A stretch of 63,593 nt of DNA, counting the filler, from Basidiobolus ranarum (taxonomy: Eukaryota): NCBI GenBank assembly GCA_040143965.1. It is 8 parts of 8 records of this genome, joined end to end, with 100 filler letters (N's around TTAATTAATTAA, not from the genome) between each part and the next. Parts side by side here need not be neighbours in the genome. Positions count along the whole stretch, not along the records: positions 23,960 to 31,834 come from JASJQH010001053.1; positions 31,935 to 39,802 come from JASJQH010001054.1; 6 more parts are not named here. The stretch is one strand, 5' to 3'. A model generated the notes under the pieces. It did no database searches. It had not been told where the DNA came from and saw nothing but the letters and a program-made list of their open reading frames with translations. The position numbers were made by a program, and so were the translations under genes. This document shows, one piece after another, positions 24,360 through 38,965 of the stretch. The stretch's first letter is position 1, and each line of letters opens with the position of its first letter.

Positions 24360-26159
24360 ATGCTGCTAGATGTTGACCTTGGTTATTCCAATACTGATGG
24401 CAGTATACCAGAAGTGGAAGAAGACAATGGTTTAGCTACAGATTTTTTGTTATTGGCAAGCATTAGTCCACTCATAGCACTTACAGTAAAGGAAGCAGCT
24501 TTGATTATTGAGGAGTGGAGAGTTCAATTCAATCCTTGCAGCCAGGTGTTTATTGGATTTCTTACACTTTTACTGCAGTTGATTGGCAACTGTTACTTGC
24601 CACAGACCTGGTCCAAGTCAAAAGCACTTGACAATTGTCTGACTTATAGTCCTTCAGTAATAAAACTACCTTCATGTTCAAATGGTTGTTTGGCTTTCAC
24701 TGGTGATCTGAAAAACCTGAAGATATGTGCTGTTTGCACACAATTAGCAATCACTAAATCAGGTAAATATTGTGCATATTTAGCTACATACTGTGGATTC
24801 CCCATCTTAAACTTTGGATGAAATCATCCTAATATAGATCATTGATCCAATACCTAAGTACCCACCATAAAGCCAATGGTATTACCAATATAGCTGATGA
24901 ATATTACTATCATAGTCTGAAAAGTCAAGGTTTCTTTGAGAACACATATGCTCATGCATTTGCATTGGCACTGGATGGTTTCTCACAAAACAAATACCAT
25001 TTGAGAAAGGCTTGCTAGCCAATAATTGTAATTAACTTAAATCCTCCTACTTCTGAATGATATAAGAGTCATAATATTTTGATTTTATACATCATATCTG
25101 GACCTATATCACAAGTGCTTCTAGATAGCTTATTGGAGCCTTTGATTTTGGAATTTGAATGGTTATCTAAAGCGGTTCAGATGGGTGAATATTTCATTAA
25201 AGCTAATATCATTCTATGAATTGGTAACTATCCTGCCATCTGTAAGTTTGGAGGTATTTGCAGGCACAATGCACTATCTTGCTGTAGATTTTGTCAAATC
25301 AATGGAGTTTACTCCACTGGCATATGCATTATTACTATCCAAATACAAAACTAAACTCAATGATTATACCATCAAGAGCCTGGTCAGATTTCAACATACT
25401 CATTGATATCAAATCACCAAATAGTCAGTCTAACATCAAAGTTGGTATTAGCCATAAGCCTAAGAGTACATTGCTGAGGGGGATCAGCTGGAGCCAGAGC
25501 TTCCCATTAGGCACTATGCACTTACTATTCAACAATATTCCAATACTACTTACTCAGCTATATAGTGGAGAATTCAATATGAATGAGCCATTTGCAATAG
25601 GATTAAAGTTTGAATCAATTAGGAAAATGTTTGAAAATGTCAAGATATCATCATAATTTACAAGGACTCCCATCCATATTCACTCATCTCAACATTTATT
25701 CATATTCAAAGACTGGAAGTATTGGATTTGTATATATTCAAGTGGAATTTTGAAAATATTTCTGCCTGAGAAGTATTGACAACATTGTGGGTTGTTTGTA
25801 TATACTATTAATAAATTCTTACAGCATCAACTTACATTGGCAGACACAGTGACTGTGCAGAGATTTTAAATTGGCTATGAAAAACTTTATTACAGGCTTA
25901 AAGAAGATAGACTGAATCTATGCCAGTATTCAATACATTTCCTGCTGCATCTTTCACAATGCTTAGAGATTACAGGCCCTTGCTATACATTCTGGCAGCC
26001 CCCAAGGAGCACAACTGTGCTGAAATGATGCTCTGTGTGAAATCTTCAGTATTACTAAATGCTAATCTGATTAACAATGTATCAGCAAGATCAGTGATGA
26101 ATGTCATGAAACAGGTTAAGGAGACATTTCTTGACTGCAAGTTAGGGATATTTAGCTGA
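24360..26159 (+). pseudogene. Degenerate CACTA/EnSpm tnp2 (Transposase_21-like) transposase
   Basis: CSNGCLAFTG...CAVC, LALDGF, PIIVINLNPP, IISGP and FPLGTMHLLFNNI motifs, interrupted by stops and frameshifts. Confidence 0.75.
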
Positions 26160-27002
26160 ATTCTCTATGGGAATTTGCCAAAATCCAAGAGCTTATTCTC
26201 ATTGCAAATGGTAACAAGAGGCAGCTATCTGCCAAAGTGTCGCTGCTATTCAAAATCTCTTGCACAGATACTCTATCTGCCTGAGATCTGCCAATGGGAG
26301 TTGATGCCTTGGAATACAAATAAAGAGAGATATCAAGAGAGTGAAACCTAATCAAAAAAAAAATAATACTAAATTGGTCAAGATGCATCCTAGACATCCT
26401 AAAATGCTTTGACTTGCAACTAGACATCCCAAAACACTTAACATGGAGAGTAGCAAGCTGGCATCAGCATCAAAGCTTCTCAATGTGAAATTAATTAAAA
26501 TTTCATATCATTTAGCCCAAAATGACTCACAACAAAGCCAGGAGCTCTCTTTCAGGCCATGATGGGTAGCTTAGCATATCCAATGCTTGGAACATGCCAA
26601 GATATTGCCCTGGCAATGGGAAATGTCAGCCAATATCTCAAATATCCAGGATTTGAGCACCAAGCAGTAGTAAGAAGAATTTTCAGATATTTGAAAAGAA
26701 TTGTAGTTCCAGTTCTGGATTGTTCTGGCACACCTGATGCCCAAGATTCTGAAGCCTACAGTGAAGCTGATAGGGAAGAAACCTTGATGCTTAAAATCAA
26801 CTACTGGATACATTTTTCTGTATGGTCAAGGAGCCATGACCTGGAATAGTTACAGGAAACCAGCCATAGCACCTTCAACTACAGAAGCTGTGTATATGGC
26901 TACCTCTGCTACTACACAATAAGATATGCAGCTAACAAAGTAAGTTAATGTTTTATGATACATGCAGAATGTGCTATTACTGTATTTGAAGATAATAAAA
27001 TT
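26160..27002 (+). mobile_element. Ty1/copia RT/RNase H relic
   Basis: GSLAYPMLGTCQDIALA, RRIFRYLK, IAPSTTEAVYMA and VFEDN remnants. Confidence 0.8.
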
Positions 27003-30000
27003 TGTTGAGATTAGATAACAGCAACTTGTTACTTAGTATTTGTTCATTCATATTCTGTTTATTTAGCATTTAATTCTGACATTCAAAAGTGTGTGTTTAT
27101 TGCTCTAATTGTTAGATATATCAATTACATCACTTTTACCAATTTTCACTATTTTCTCTAATCTTCTCCAAATTGCCTCAAACTTTCACCTATGCTTTAC
27201 AGACATCAGCATTATATTCTAAACTCATGCAAAAGTTCTATTTCATGGTAAACCATATATGGGATGTATTCTAGTCAATAAATATTCAGGGTCTAATTTT
27301 CAAATCCATATCTTGTCTAAAACACTTCCAAATCTCCTATACACTTTTGTCAGGTAGTGAGCCCCAAGCTAGCAGTTAAAGGAATGTCTTCCAGTACTAT
27401 TGCCAATGTTTTTACCTCAATAGAGGAGTTTCATGGGGAATATTTTGACCTTTGCAAGTTGAAGATGCAAGTGGTGCAAGAAGGTGCAGACCTTAGGGGA
27501 TTGGCTATAAGAGAAGAAATAGAGCTAAAGTGACCACCAGAAGCTGTCCTTGCCTTTTGCAAGAAACAGAGAAAAATTCTCCCTATACTTTGTCTACATC
27601 ACAGAGAATCTCAATTGAGGCACATATCACTAAGCCAAAAATATCCATAATATCAGGGAAACAATTGGGGGACCACATGAGTTAAAATTCTAGATAATTG
27701 GCATATCTTAGACAAACATAAATCTCAATTATGATGAGTTCCGGTGATTCTAGGGCTAATCATACTAATCAGGTCTAACCCAAGGCAGATCAGCTCTATT
27801 CCATTGGAGCACCTCTAAGTGAAGATGACATTGTCATGACACTATTTGCAAGCCAGAGCCTGGCAGATGAGTTTGACAGCCTCATCATTGCACTAGGATC
27901 AAGATTAGAGCCAATAACTATAAAATATGTTGGTGCATGGCTTTTGAATGAGTATTCATGAGATCTATTTCTCAGCAGAATAGTACAGCTCAGGCATTTT
28001 TGGGAGCTGTGAAAGACTTCAATTATAGTGCCTCTGATTGAACATTTATCATATGCAAGTATTTCAAGAAACCAGGCAATTTAATCAAAAGTTGCAGAAA
28101 TAGGATTCTCACCAAAAAGCTTTAATCAGAACTGACAGATTAAGTAAGCACTGATAGGGGCTCTCTGTTTGTGTCTGCCTTATTAGTTATTGTTAAGGAA
28201 GACTCAGCCATTTGATAAATTGATTCAGGAGTTCCCCTGGCATATGTGTTTGAGAGCCTTAGAGTTGCCCTAAAATCATGATCAGTGCCATTAACTGGGG
28301 AAGAAGCTGGTGGAAGACTTTAGAATGAGAAATTAATGAGATCTAATTCTCAGCAAATTAAATAAGATCAAGCTTTTTTGGAGCTGTCAAAGGCCCAACA
28401 GCCTCCAATAATAGTACCCTTTATAGGAAGTCAGTCATCTGCAAATATAGCAAGACACCAGGACACTCATTCAAAGATTCCATGAAAAGTGTTATTGGCA
28501 AAATGCTATATTCAGAGCAAGCAAATCAAGTAGGCACTGACAGGAATCATCTATGTGTGTCTGCCCTATTATAAAAACCAAGGAAACATCAGCAACATGG
28601 TAAATTGATTCAGATGCTTCCCAGTATATGTTGAGCAAGAAATATTGGTTTTCCAGCTTATAACCATTTGAAGCAAAGAAAGTTTACTTGGGAGATGACT
28701 CAAAAGACATTGCTGGTTTTACCCTAAAATTTGAATTAAGGAACAAACTCTACTTCCTTCCACTTCACAGCAAAATAGAGTTGCAGCATGTACTGATTGG
28801 ACCATAGTGAATATAGCACAATTAATGTTACAAGATTAAATGTTTGATTTCCAATATTGAGCTGAATTGGACACCCCGGCAGGCTATATCAAAAAATGAT
28901 GCCCATCTATTTTTTCTCGAAATTTCTATCCCATTTGAAGGATGCTGGACCTACCGGCTGCTGATTTAAAGAAATGGAAGTCAGTTGTGTGCTGAGATGT
29001 GATTTTTGATGAACAATCAAAATTTTCACCTGAAATCAACCAAATAATCCGCCCCAAGTACACCAGTGAATGGCACACAGCCTGAATTATCATCTGGAAC
29101 AAGAAATTAGCAAGGGAAGTGGTGCAACAGTTTGAATCATGTTGTTTATGCATATATAGCATTTTATGATAAGACACAGACTTGAGACCAAGCTCAGAAG
29201 TCTCCAAAATCAAAAGGAAGAGAAAAAGCAATGTCTTATTAGTTTTCTTCATTTCAGGACAATAAATAATGGTTATCAGTTCTCTATCAATAGGGAGAAA
29301 GCCAATAGGTTGTAAATAGATCTACATAGTCACAAACCAGGCTGATAGAGCCATAGAAGGTTACATTTCAAGATTAGTCACTGGAGTTCCAAAAATCAAC
29401 AGCAGTTCAAAGAAATTACATCAGTACCCCACCAATGGGATTGTTTTCTTGACACCATATGTGGATGAATTATTCATAGCCACATATTATCTTGAAGCAC
29501 TCAAAGAGATGGAAAATAGTTTACAGTCATCTTATGAAGTCTTATAAGGGAAAACTATAATATTTTCTTTGAACCCAAGCCAAGTGCAATAAGCCAAATC
29601 AGAAAATCATGCTGAAGCAGTCTAAATACATCCTAGACATTCTACAATGCTGCAGCATGAATAATAGCCAGCCTGTAGCAACACCAATGGATCCCAATAC
29701 AAAATTAATCAAGGTTACATTTGATTTAGCCCAAAATAACTTAGACCAAAACCAGGAGTTCCTCTATCAGTCATTGATGGAGAGTTTAATGTATACAATG
29801 ATTGGAACATGTTCAGACATTGCTGCAGGAGTGGGAACTGGTAGCCAATGCCTCAAAAATCCAGAATCTGACCACAAAAAGCGGTAAAACAAATATTTGG
29901 GTACTTGAGAGGAACTGTAGATCTAGTTCTGAAATGCTCTGGCACTGCAGATGCATGAGCTTTTTCAGGCTCCATTGATGCTGCTTGGGGAAGAAACCAT

Positions 30001-30794
30001 GATGATGGAAGAACATCAACTGGGTAAACTTGTGTCTATAGTAATGGAGTTATAACTTGGATTAGTAAGAGAGAGCCAACCATTATATTTTCACTGCAGA
30101 AGCTGAGTGTATGGCTATCTCTGCTACTAAACAAGAAGCTATATGGTTAACACAGTAATATTAGACTTAGGATCCATGCAAAAACATGCTGTTACTGTTT
30201 TCAAACACTATGAAAGTTGTATTTCATTAGCTAAAAGCCCTACATTTCATGCTAGAACAAAATATATAGATATTAGGGATCATTCTGTTGAAGACACAAT
30301 TGAGAAGCACATGTTTGATCTTCTCTGACCTACTCCAGAAATGAATGCTGATACTTTAGCCAAACCTTTAGCTAAAGCTCAATATGAATTTTCAAAAATA
30401 AATATTAGGTTTAAGAGATATATAAAATAATTAGTTAAGTGGGAATGTTGAAATTAGGTAAACAGCAACTCAGTATTTGATAGTTAGTTTTTTCATATAT
30501 TGGTTATTTAGAACTAAATCCCAAAAGCCAAAAATGTGTGTTGATTGCTCTCATTGCTTGTATATCAACTATATCACTTTTGCAAAGATTCAATGCTTTC
30601 TCAAAATTCTCCAAACCACTTTAAGTTTCACTTGTGCTTTACAGGCATGTTTGTTGTGATTGAAACATTTGTGACATGCCTATTTTGTGGTAAGCTGTTA
30701 GTAAAACATATTCTACTCTTAACATTTAGAGTGTCTAATTTTTAAATCCAAATCCTGTCCAAAACACTTCCAAGTCCCATATACACTTTTGACA
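27003..30794 (+). mobile_element. Degenerate, rearranged Ty1/copia element (family B) with LTRs at 27003-27352 and 30446-30794
   Basis: TG..CA LTRs; degenerate PBS ggtagtgagcccc at 27353; duplicated gag/protease remnant; RT and RNase H remnants (TKYIDIR); PPT-like aagtgggaa before the 3' LTR; no clean TSD. Confidence 0.8.
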
Positions 30795-31144
30795 CCATTT
30801 GCATATTATTGCCTATCTTCATGATGGCATGGAACTCAAAACCCATGTTCTATTGTTGCTTGGAAAGAAAACTTAGCAGATATTACCTTTCCCTTGGATA
30901 TTAATGCCTGTTACTCCCAAGCTTTATCTAGGGCCTACAGCTGATTGAAGAATACAATTTAAAAATAGACATTGTTGTTGGAAGTAACAATAGATGTATT
31001 TAGTGCATTTGCAAGTGGTGTTGACAAGATTTGAATTTTTGAGAAATATACTTCACCAAATTGGATATGCCCTATCAGTAGTTGACCACAAAATTGAAAT
31101 TTTGGACAAGTTTAAATCATAAACAGTATGCCTGTGAAGAGTGG

Positions 31145-31478
31145 ATGAAAATATGAGATAATTAGTAGTTAGTTTAGTCATATCCTGATTATTTAGCACT
31201 CAATTCTGCCACTCAAAAACATGTGTTTATTGCTTTAATTAATAGAAATATTAATTAGATCACTTTTACTAATTTTCACTCTTTTCTTAAAACTTCTTCA
31301 AATCACCTAGTTTCATCCATGCATAACAGGCATGTTTGGTATGATATAAGCTTGTCCAATAGTCCTATTTCATAGTAAACTAAAAATTGCACATATTGAA
31401 TTCAATAAAACTTAAGTGTTCAATTCACAAATCTGGTCTTGGCTAAAACACTTCCAAAGCCCCTAAATACTTTTATCA
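31145..31478 (+). mobile_element. Degenerate solo LTR (family B)
   Basis: Similar to 27003-27352; ends ...ACTTTTATCA; 5' end eroded, so the start is approximate. Confidence 0.75.
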
Positions 31479-32484
31479 TGAGATTCATTCTGAATAAGCC
31501 ATACTAGATGGGATCAAAGTTTGAATGGATTGGGAAAATGCTTGAAAACCTCAAGATATCATCAAATTTAACCAGGCCTCCAACCAATATGCACTCATAA
31601 ATGTGTTTATTTAAGGGTTAGCTCAATTTTCCCTTTGTACTAATTATTTAATATTTTACTGTATTGTAATATATATCAAAAATTCAAGTAAAAGTTAAAT
31701 TAATTACAGCTGGTTGCACCATATGGATCTCATCTGATTGATATCAAGTTTTAAACATACCTCTTCATGAACTCTTTGATTAAAACCTAAATCTCATGGG
31801 ATTCTTAGTAAAGTTATCAAAGAGAGTTCAAGTTNNNNNNNNNNNNNNNNNNNNNNNNNNNNNNNNNNNNNNNNNNNNTTAATTAATTAANNNNNNNNNN
31901 NNNNNNNNNNNNNNNNNNNNNNNNNNNNNNNNNNCTACGAATATAGCATCATCGTTTGTAGCATGTACACTTGCTCAACAACCCCCATGAAAATCCCATT
32001 TTGAGTCGTTGGAATCAGTGTTCGCATTTGAATGGGGATCCAAGTTGGACTAGTCACTAAATAGGAAAGAAGCCAGGAAAAAAAATGACATGAAAAAATT
32101 CCATCCAAAGCAAATATTCCTACTAAAATCAATCACTTCAAATGGAAAAAAAAGAAAAAAAAAGTGATGATGAGTAAGTAAAGAAATCTCATCGTTCAAC
32201 TAGTTCGGTAAACTTGGAATTTTTTTTCTTAGTTACTTTTTTGAGGTTGTAGGAGATACTTTCAAACCAAGTTGACCCTCTGTCTATTGCTTCGTTACTA
32301 CCCTTCTTCCCCAACATAGACGCGAACTATTCCGCTTTCGACAGTTGTGGATTGGTTTCAACATTTGAAGAAGTGAATATTTAGAGCTATATTACCGACA
32401 ACAGCATATAGAAGCAAGCAAAATATAGACCAGCTTTACTACATATAACTCCTTCCCTTACACCCGAGAGTAGAATAGTAAAAA

Positions 32485-34607
32485 ATGGCCGACACAGTTC
32501 AATATCACTTGGAAAACATGATCCCCGAGTTGGAAGATCTTGAGAAAAAAAAGATTTTCAACAAGGAGGAGATTCGTTCTATCGTTAAAAAACGCACAAA
32601 CTTCGAATATTCTTTGAAGCGTCGTTCCCCGAAAAAAATCGATTACTTAAGATATATTGAATACGAGTTGAATCTCGAGAATTTACGTAAAAAGCGCAAA
32701 GCAAGACTCGATATCAAAGGAAAGCCTTCAGTAAGCGACTATGCTGGGCCAAGAAGAATCAACTTTATCTTTGAAAGAGCTCTTGTGAAATACAAAGGGG
32801 ATGTTGCCCTTTGGTTGCAATGGGTTGATTTCGCCAAGGGAAACAAAATGAATAAGTTGTTGTCGAAAATATTTGCTAGAGCTATTCAACTTCACCCTGC
32901 CAAGCCCTCCCTTTGGATTTTGGCTGCTTCTTGGGAATTTGAAGATAACTTGAATACTAACGGAGCTAGAATCCTTCTGCAACGTGGCTTACGTTTGAAC
33001 CCCGAATCACAAGATCTCTGGTTGGAGTATTTCAGACTTGAGTTGGTTTACATGGCAAAGATTAGAGAACGTCGTAGAATTTTGGGTATCTTGAAAGATG
33101 GAAAATCTAAACCTAAGGTAGAGCAAGAGAAGAACGAGGAGGATATGATTGTACTACCTACTTTGGATGAAGAGGAAGAGATGGAACCAAAGAGAGAAAT
33201 CACCATATCTGACGGATTAATTCAAACATTAAAAGCTGAGAACAATGCATTTTTATCTGGTGCCGTCGCATTAATTGTCTACGAAAATGCTATCAAATCT
33301 ATTTCGGAGGATCTTGAGTTCCGTAAGAAATTCCTTGAGGTTTTCCAAACCATTCCAGGTACCGAGTCAGGACAAGAAGCAGTATATGAAAGCATCAAGA
33401 ACGATTTCCCATCTAACGAGTCTGCCCGTGCCCTCTATATCGAAAAGAGTTTAGCTGGAGTTGATCCCAATAGTGTAGAGTATGTTAATGGAGTCAAGAT
33501 ATGTACACAAGGCTATAGTGAAGTGATCCAAGAACTTGGTACTGGTACCATGTGGGAAAAATATTGTGACTTTTTGAAAAAATGTCATGCACGAGTTTCT
33601 GAACAGAATCTTAAAACTTACTTTACCAAAGCCTTAAGCAAGGCCTTTAATGCCGCATCTGAACAAGCTTTGATGACTGAAAAATTATATCTTTCTTGGC
33701 TCGAGCATCTCCAAGAAGTCCAAGAAATCAATGAAGCCGTCAAAGTTGCAAGTCAAGCTGTGGCTCAATTCCCTAAGACCCCCGAACTTTGGCTCACTTA
33801 TGCTGATTTGGTAGGTAGCAACGATAGCTCTGATGCTGCCCGATCCACTATTTACGAGATCTACTCCAAAGCTTTGTCATGCAATACGACTCATCAAAGT
33901 CTTTGGGCGTCTTTCTTTCAATGGTTGATCAAAGAATGGAAAGATGAGTCGATATCTAATGAAGAAATGAACTCCAAGTTTATGGTATTGCCGCATCTAC
34001 AGTAACTCGCATTAACGCTAGAATCGCCTTTTAACCAATGTTGTTTTTACAGGATGCTGTCAAGAAAGTTCAATCTTTAACCTCAGAGTACCTTTATGTG
34101 AAGGAGTTTGTTCAATCAGAATATATCAAATGGGTAAGCGAGTGTGAAGGCATTGCTAGGTGTCGTGAGGTGTATACAAGGTAAGTTTTGGAATGAATCG
34201 TATATTGAGAGCTCAAACAGTACTGATATCCCATCCCATCACAGCCTTTCTAAGCAGCTCCCTCTTACCGCACAATTCTTCAAGCAATGCATTGAGCTTG
34301 AAGAGTCTGCCGATTCTAGCAGTTCCATTGAAACTCAAAAGCGTCTTCGCTGGTTATATGAGCATGCTATTCAAGTCAATGAAAAAGATGATCGTAAGTC
34401 TTAATTTCTATGACTGTATACTAGTTGCTGTTTGCTAACTAATTTGTTTGAACAATAGAAATCTGGATTGCTTACTTGGACCATCTTTTGTCCACAAGTC
34501 AATTCGACGAAGCAACACATATTCATTGGAAAGCACAACACGTGGTGACGAACAAGGATCGATTTGAACGAGAGTATTTCCAATTAATAGGTGGAGCTCA
34601 AGTCTGA
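32485..34607 (+). CDS. UTP6: U3 snoRNA-associated protein 6 (HAT repeats), 4 exons
   Basis: MADTVQYHLENMIPELEDL...IVKKRTNFEY...DYLRYIEYE; introns ~33985-34051, 34181-34244, 34394-34458. Confidence 0.93.
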
Positions 34608-34901
34608 AGTAGCATCTCCATTCTCTCTCGCCATACACCGCTTTATTATAATTTCTAGTCTGTTTTCTACTGCAGTTTTTTGTAAGTTAATGAAATAAAC
34701 ACCCAAACCCACGTTTCCTACAAGACATCCCAAAACTAATGTAAGAATAATATGGTTGACATATAAGGAAATTAGCATTACATAAGATGATGTAAAAGGT
34801 GGGGATAGGAGGATGAGAATTTTTTATGCAAGGAAAAAGCACAAGTAGCTGAAGTTTCAACTATTTCTCTTTCGACGCCACGTAAAAAACTCGCTGCAAA
34901 A

Positions 34902-36069
34902 ATGAATGCTTGGAGTCTCTTTCTTCGTCGAGCTACCATTGGTAGAGCGAGAGTACCTGTGACAAAAGCTAGTGTTAGACCAGCCTCAGTTTCTTCCGTC
35001 CTTTTTCCCCGCTCCATCTTACGAAGAGAGCATTCTAGTGTAGATCCGCAAGCGTTTTATGAGCAGAAATATGCCGACAAATTAAAGCGTAAAGCTGAAA
35101 AGTAAGTACAGTATAGTTCACAACAATAGGAATAAGAGTGATACCAAGTGAAATATGTAAAACATATCCAAACTTTATAGAGAAGGTGTTAAAACGGTCC
35201 AAGAACTAAAAGAGAAAGTCCTGAAACCAGTAAACGTTTCCCGTTCGCATTTTCCCAAAGCTACTACCACTAATGCTACCGAGACCAGTACCGACACTTC
35301 CTTATTGGAGCCTCGCAAAAAATCGCCTTCTTCACCCTCCGAATACACCAGCAATGGTCTTCCATCACATGTCAAGGTAAAAAAACAACTAAACTGAATG
35401 CCTAAAGCTCAAACTGGTTTATTTGTGACTGACAGAAATGTTAACTGTACTGCCTAAAATCAATTATGTAGTCGCTTGACAAAATCCTAAAGCTTGATAA
35501 GGTTGGCGCAGAAGATGCCGAGACGATTGGTAAAATTTGGACTGAATACCATGCAAGTAAAGATTGTCTGTCAGCAGTTATTCCTGCCGAAACATATGAC
35601 AAACTTTTCGAACGCTCCAAAAAATATCCATTGGTATGACCTGCATCTTGATTTATCCGCTATTTTAACAACAGAAAACATATGACTAACATATTTACTT
35701 GTTCAGTTTGTTTTACCGGTCCCACGTGAAGAGGGTGCGGAAATGTATTTACTTCAATTCGCATATCATCAATGCTATTTCACCTCATTGTTAGAATACA
35801 AAACTCATGGTGAAAATGCTCGCCCTTACCTGACACTCACACACTATACAGACCTGAAAGACTCCAAAAAGATAGTCTTGATGCATGGCGATATATCTGA
35901 CAAGCCCAGAATCCTGTCACCGCAGGATGCTCAATTCCTGGTTTACGCATTACAACAGTTCTATGTTACTGGCTCAGAACGCAAGATGAAGTTGGTAGAA
36001 AATTTCCACCACGATCCATCATCCTTTGATGTTCAAGAACTAATCCATGAATTGGAGAAATTGGATTAA
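34902..36069 (+). CDS. ATP11: Mitochondrial F1-ATPase assembly factor Atp11 (ATPAF1), multi-exon
   Basis: Presequence; YEQKYADKLKRK, IGKIWTEYH, YPLFVLPVPR, FTSLLEYK, LVENFHHDPSSFD. Confidence 0.9.
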
Positions 36070-38965
36070 CTATCCATTCTCCCATAAATAAATCACTACC
36101 GTGAGCATTATATACAGTATCAAAGTGCTTTATGGACCAATAATAGAGCGTACTCACAATGAAGCTAGATTGAGATAGAATGCTCCAATGGTCTATCCAA
36201 TGAAACATTTTACATCTGTTTCAAGCTGTTACATCGTGGGATAATGGGTAGACTCGTGACCAGCTCTTGTCTCTTGGTCGAGTTAATTTCAAGTAATTAA
36301 TAGTTCCATTAGTTATGAACCTGTTTACGAATTTCGCCTATATTCGGAATCTCGGTAGTCTATGAAAGGCATTTTCATGTCGAATCCTTTACAAAATTGA
36401 GAATTTGAGTGGATTTTCATAAACAGCAAAGACATAGTAAATGGCCTAGAGTCTGTTTGGGGCATCGATGTTTTTCTCTGCACCAGCCATGCTTTATTGG
36501 GTTTCTTTACCATGCTTTTAAATATACGGTGGTTAGACTACGAACCACTTCCCTAAAAAGTCAATCATGTATAGAAATCACTTCACCAAACAATTTGTGT
36601 GCTCTTTCTGTCAAGTCCACAATGCTTGGAAATATATCATCTTACTGGAATTTAATATCCGTAGTGGCAGTATTTCAGAGTAAGTTACATGGCACACTAT
36701 GCGCATTCCCATGAACTCCGATTATTACGGCAGCAGGTGTTTTTATAGATTGTGAACAATCGGGTTTCCAAAACCTCGAAGATCTAAGATAATTCAACTG
36801 ATACTGCGGCTACAACACGACTTAGACTTCCTGTATAGCGATCCCAAGCGACTGATCAGGAAATTCTATTCTCGGGTGCAGTTTTGCCTCGAATTCTAAA
36901 ATAGGCATCAACTGTAAGAAATCTCACACTACACTAAGCGTAAATCCACATCGCCATATACAGTACTTTAGGCTACCTTTAAACATAACCTTACAAGTCG
37001 TGCTCAAACAGGGTGATTGGTCTCAGACAGCAGTCTTATAGGCACAGCTTTCATGTGCAATCCTATCATTGGAAACGGTTCTGATTGGTCACGTAGCGGA
37101 ATGCCCCCAAGATAGCCTATTATTCGATAACTAGAGGAACCTCAATAGTATAGGTGTCCCACCAAGAGGTGCTGATTCTACAATCATAATTCCAGTATTG
37201 ATTAGCGACAACCCCGGAGTGTTCCAGAATTGTCAGTTTTGATTCGTTTAATCAGGATCATGCCTTGTAACAGTACCTTCTACCAGTTCTAGTAAGCACC
37301 AGGAAAGAATTCTAAACTCAACTGGTGTCACGAAGCTAATTCTCCTAATCCTCCCCAGTGTAAGCCCCTGATTTCATTACTTGCAATTATATTTAGATAT
37401 CCCTTAATCTCAGGCAGGCGCAAATCCGTTGATCCTCTTGCTGTACTATGGAAAGATGCTTTGTGTCTACACTGCCCCATCATCATTGGGAGATTGGATT
37501 CCAAAAACCCGACACACCATCTTGTAACACGCGGATGATCCATCACTCTGAAAGCATGCAATGGCTGTTCAAAACGGCTGTAGGTGTATCTTATCAAAAT
37601 ATGGAATGCCATTTACGTTGGACAAAGAACAATAGATTATTCGACACAGCTCATCTGGATTTGAATACAAGTGTAGTGAAAGGTTGAGAATAAGCTTTGA
37701 TAAGACCCGATGCCTGAATTAGTCATGATGGCTCTGGCCCAATCCCAATCGAGTGTCAGTAATATTGGAATCGACCCATCTTGTACTACGAGTGGGATCC
37801 ATTCTCGAACGCCGCCTGTTTCAGTACCCAAGCAACAAGCTGCCGAATATAGATTAATAGATGGCATCTAATATAATTCTTGAGCGAGTCTCTGTAAGTG
37901 AATGTTTTGTAATGATTAACAGGTTATCGTATAGATAGAAATTCTGGAATGGACTCACGTGCCTTCCACAATCGTTGAACATATAATATTCATGACTTCT
38001 CATTTGATTTGATATGAAACTTTATTTTGGATCAGAGAGCATTGATTGGGACTGCAGCACTGAGCAGCCAATAGGTTTGGCGGAGAAAACCATTATGGCT
38101 TGTTGTTGAGTGTGTCAGGCCCCTTTTGCCTGACAGGAGCCTGGTTTGGAGGACTTTGTTGGGTATCGGCATCTCATTCCCACAGTCAGTACTATGTGTA
38201 GACTAATTGATTCCCTGCGAAACTAATTGCTGACAAAGTAACATTGTGTCCTTGAATCGCTTAGTAGAGCCGTCCTGGTCGAATCTTAGCATTTAAGAAA
38301 TCTTCTTGTAACGTACATGATATGAACAATCAAGTTGAAGCTAGTCGCAGGTAGGCTAATAAAAAACCTAAATAAACTAGTCGGCAGTTTTAGATGAGTC
38401 TACCTCATATGATTAAGCTTTAGTCGTATAGATCGAGTGAAGTGCTGTTTCGGCCATCGTCTATACTTTAACGGTCGATATTCGAGACTCACCGCTTGGT
38501 TGAATTGGAAAACTTAATCTATTACTGTCTGGTGGCCTGTCTAGCAATGCCAGGCTTATGGTCTACAAAACAGCACTCAACACATGCCTATTTAATTATA
38601 TTGGATCACTAGTTTTAATTGCATCAATTGTGGTGAAAGTCACGTTATAATCCGCATGATGATCCGGAATCGATAAATCACGAATGGATAGTGTGATCAC
38701 CATCCGTCATCAAATGTCTTTGACCTTCCATTTTAGGATGAGTTGTTCATCAATAGAAGCTTTCGCTATAAATATACACCAGAACTGACTGCTTATGAGA
38801 AAGATATAAAAAGGGACCGATATGGAACTTAAGAAGTATACTTCAAACTCTGTTTGTTCTAGCTTTTATTGATTGGAATAGCTTCTGATTGAAGCTTGTT
38901 TATTTTGACTATTTTATACACTAGTATTGTCTACTCCTGTGACTGTACAAATTCCTTCATACCAT

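Noticed and set aside
27003-30794. Treating this as one intact insertion with a TSD
   Set aside because: The flanks aaatt and ccatt match only 3/5 and the interior has a duplicated gag/protease segment and deletions, so it may be a recombinant of several elements.
38549-38554. GCCAGG PacC/Rim101-like site upstream of the ENA ATPase
   Set aside because: Biologically plausible, but a single 6-mer is expected by chance in a 2.9-kb intergenic region.
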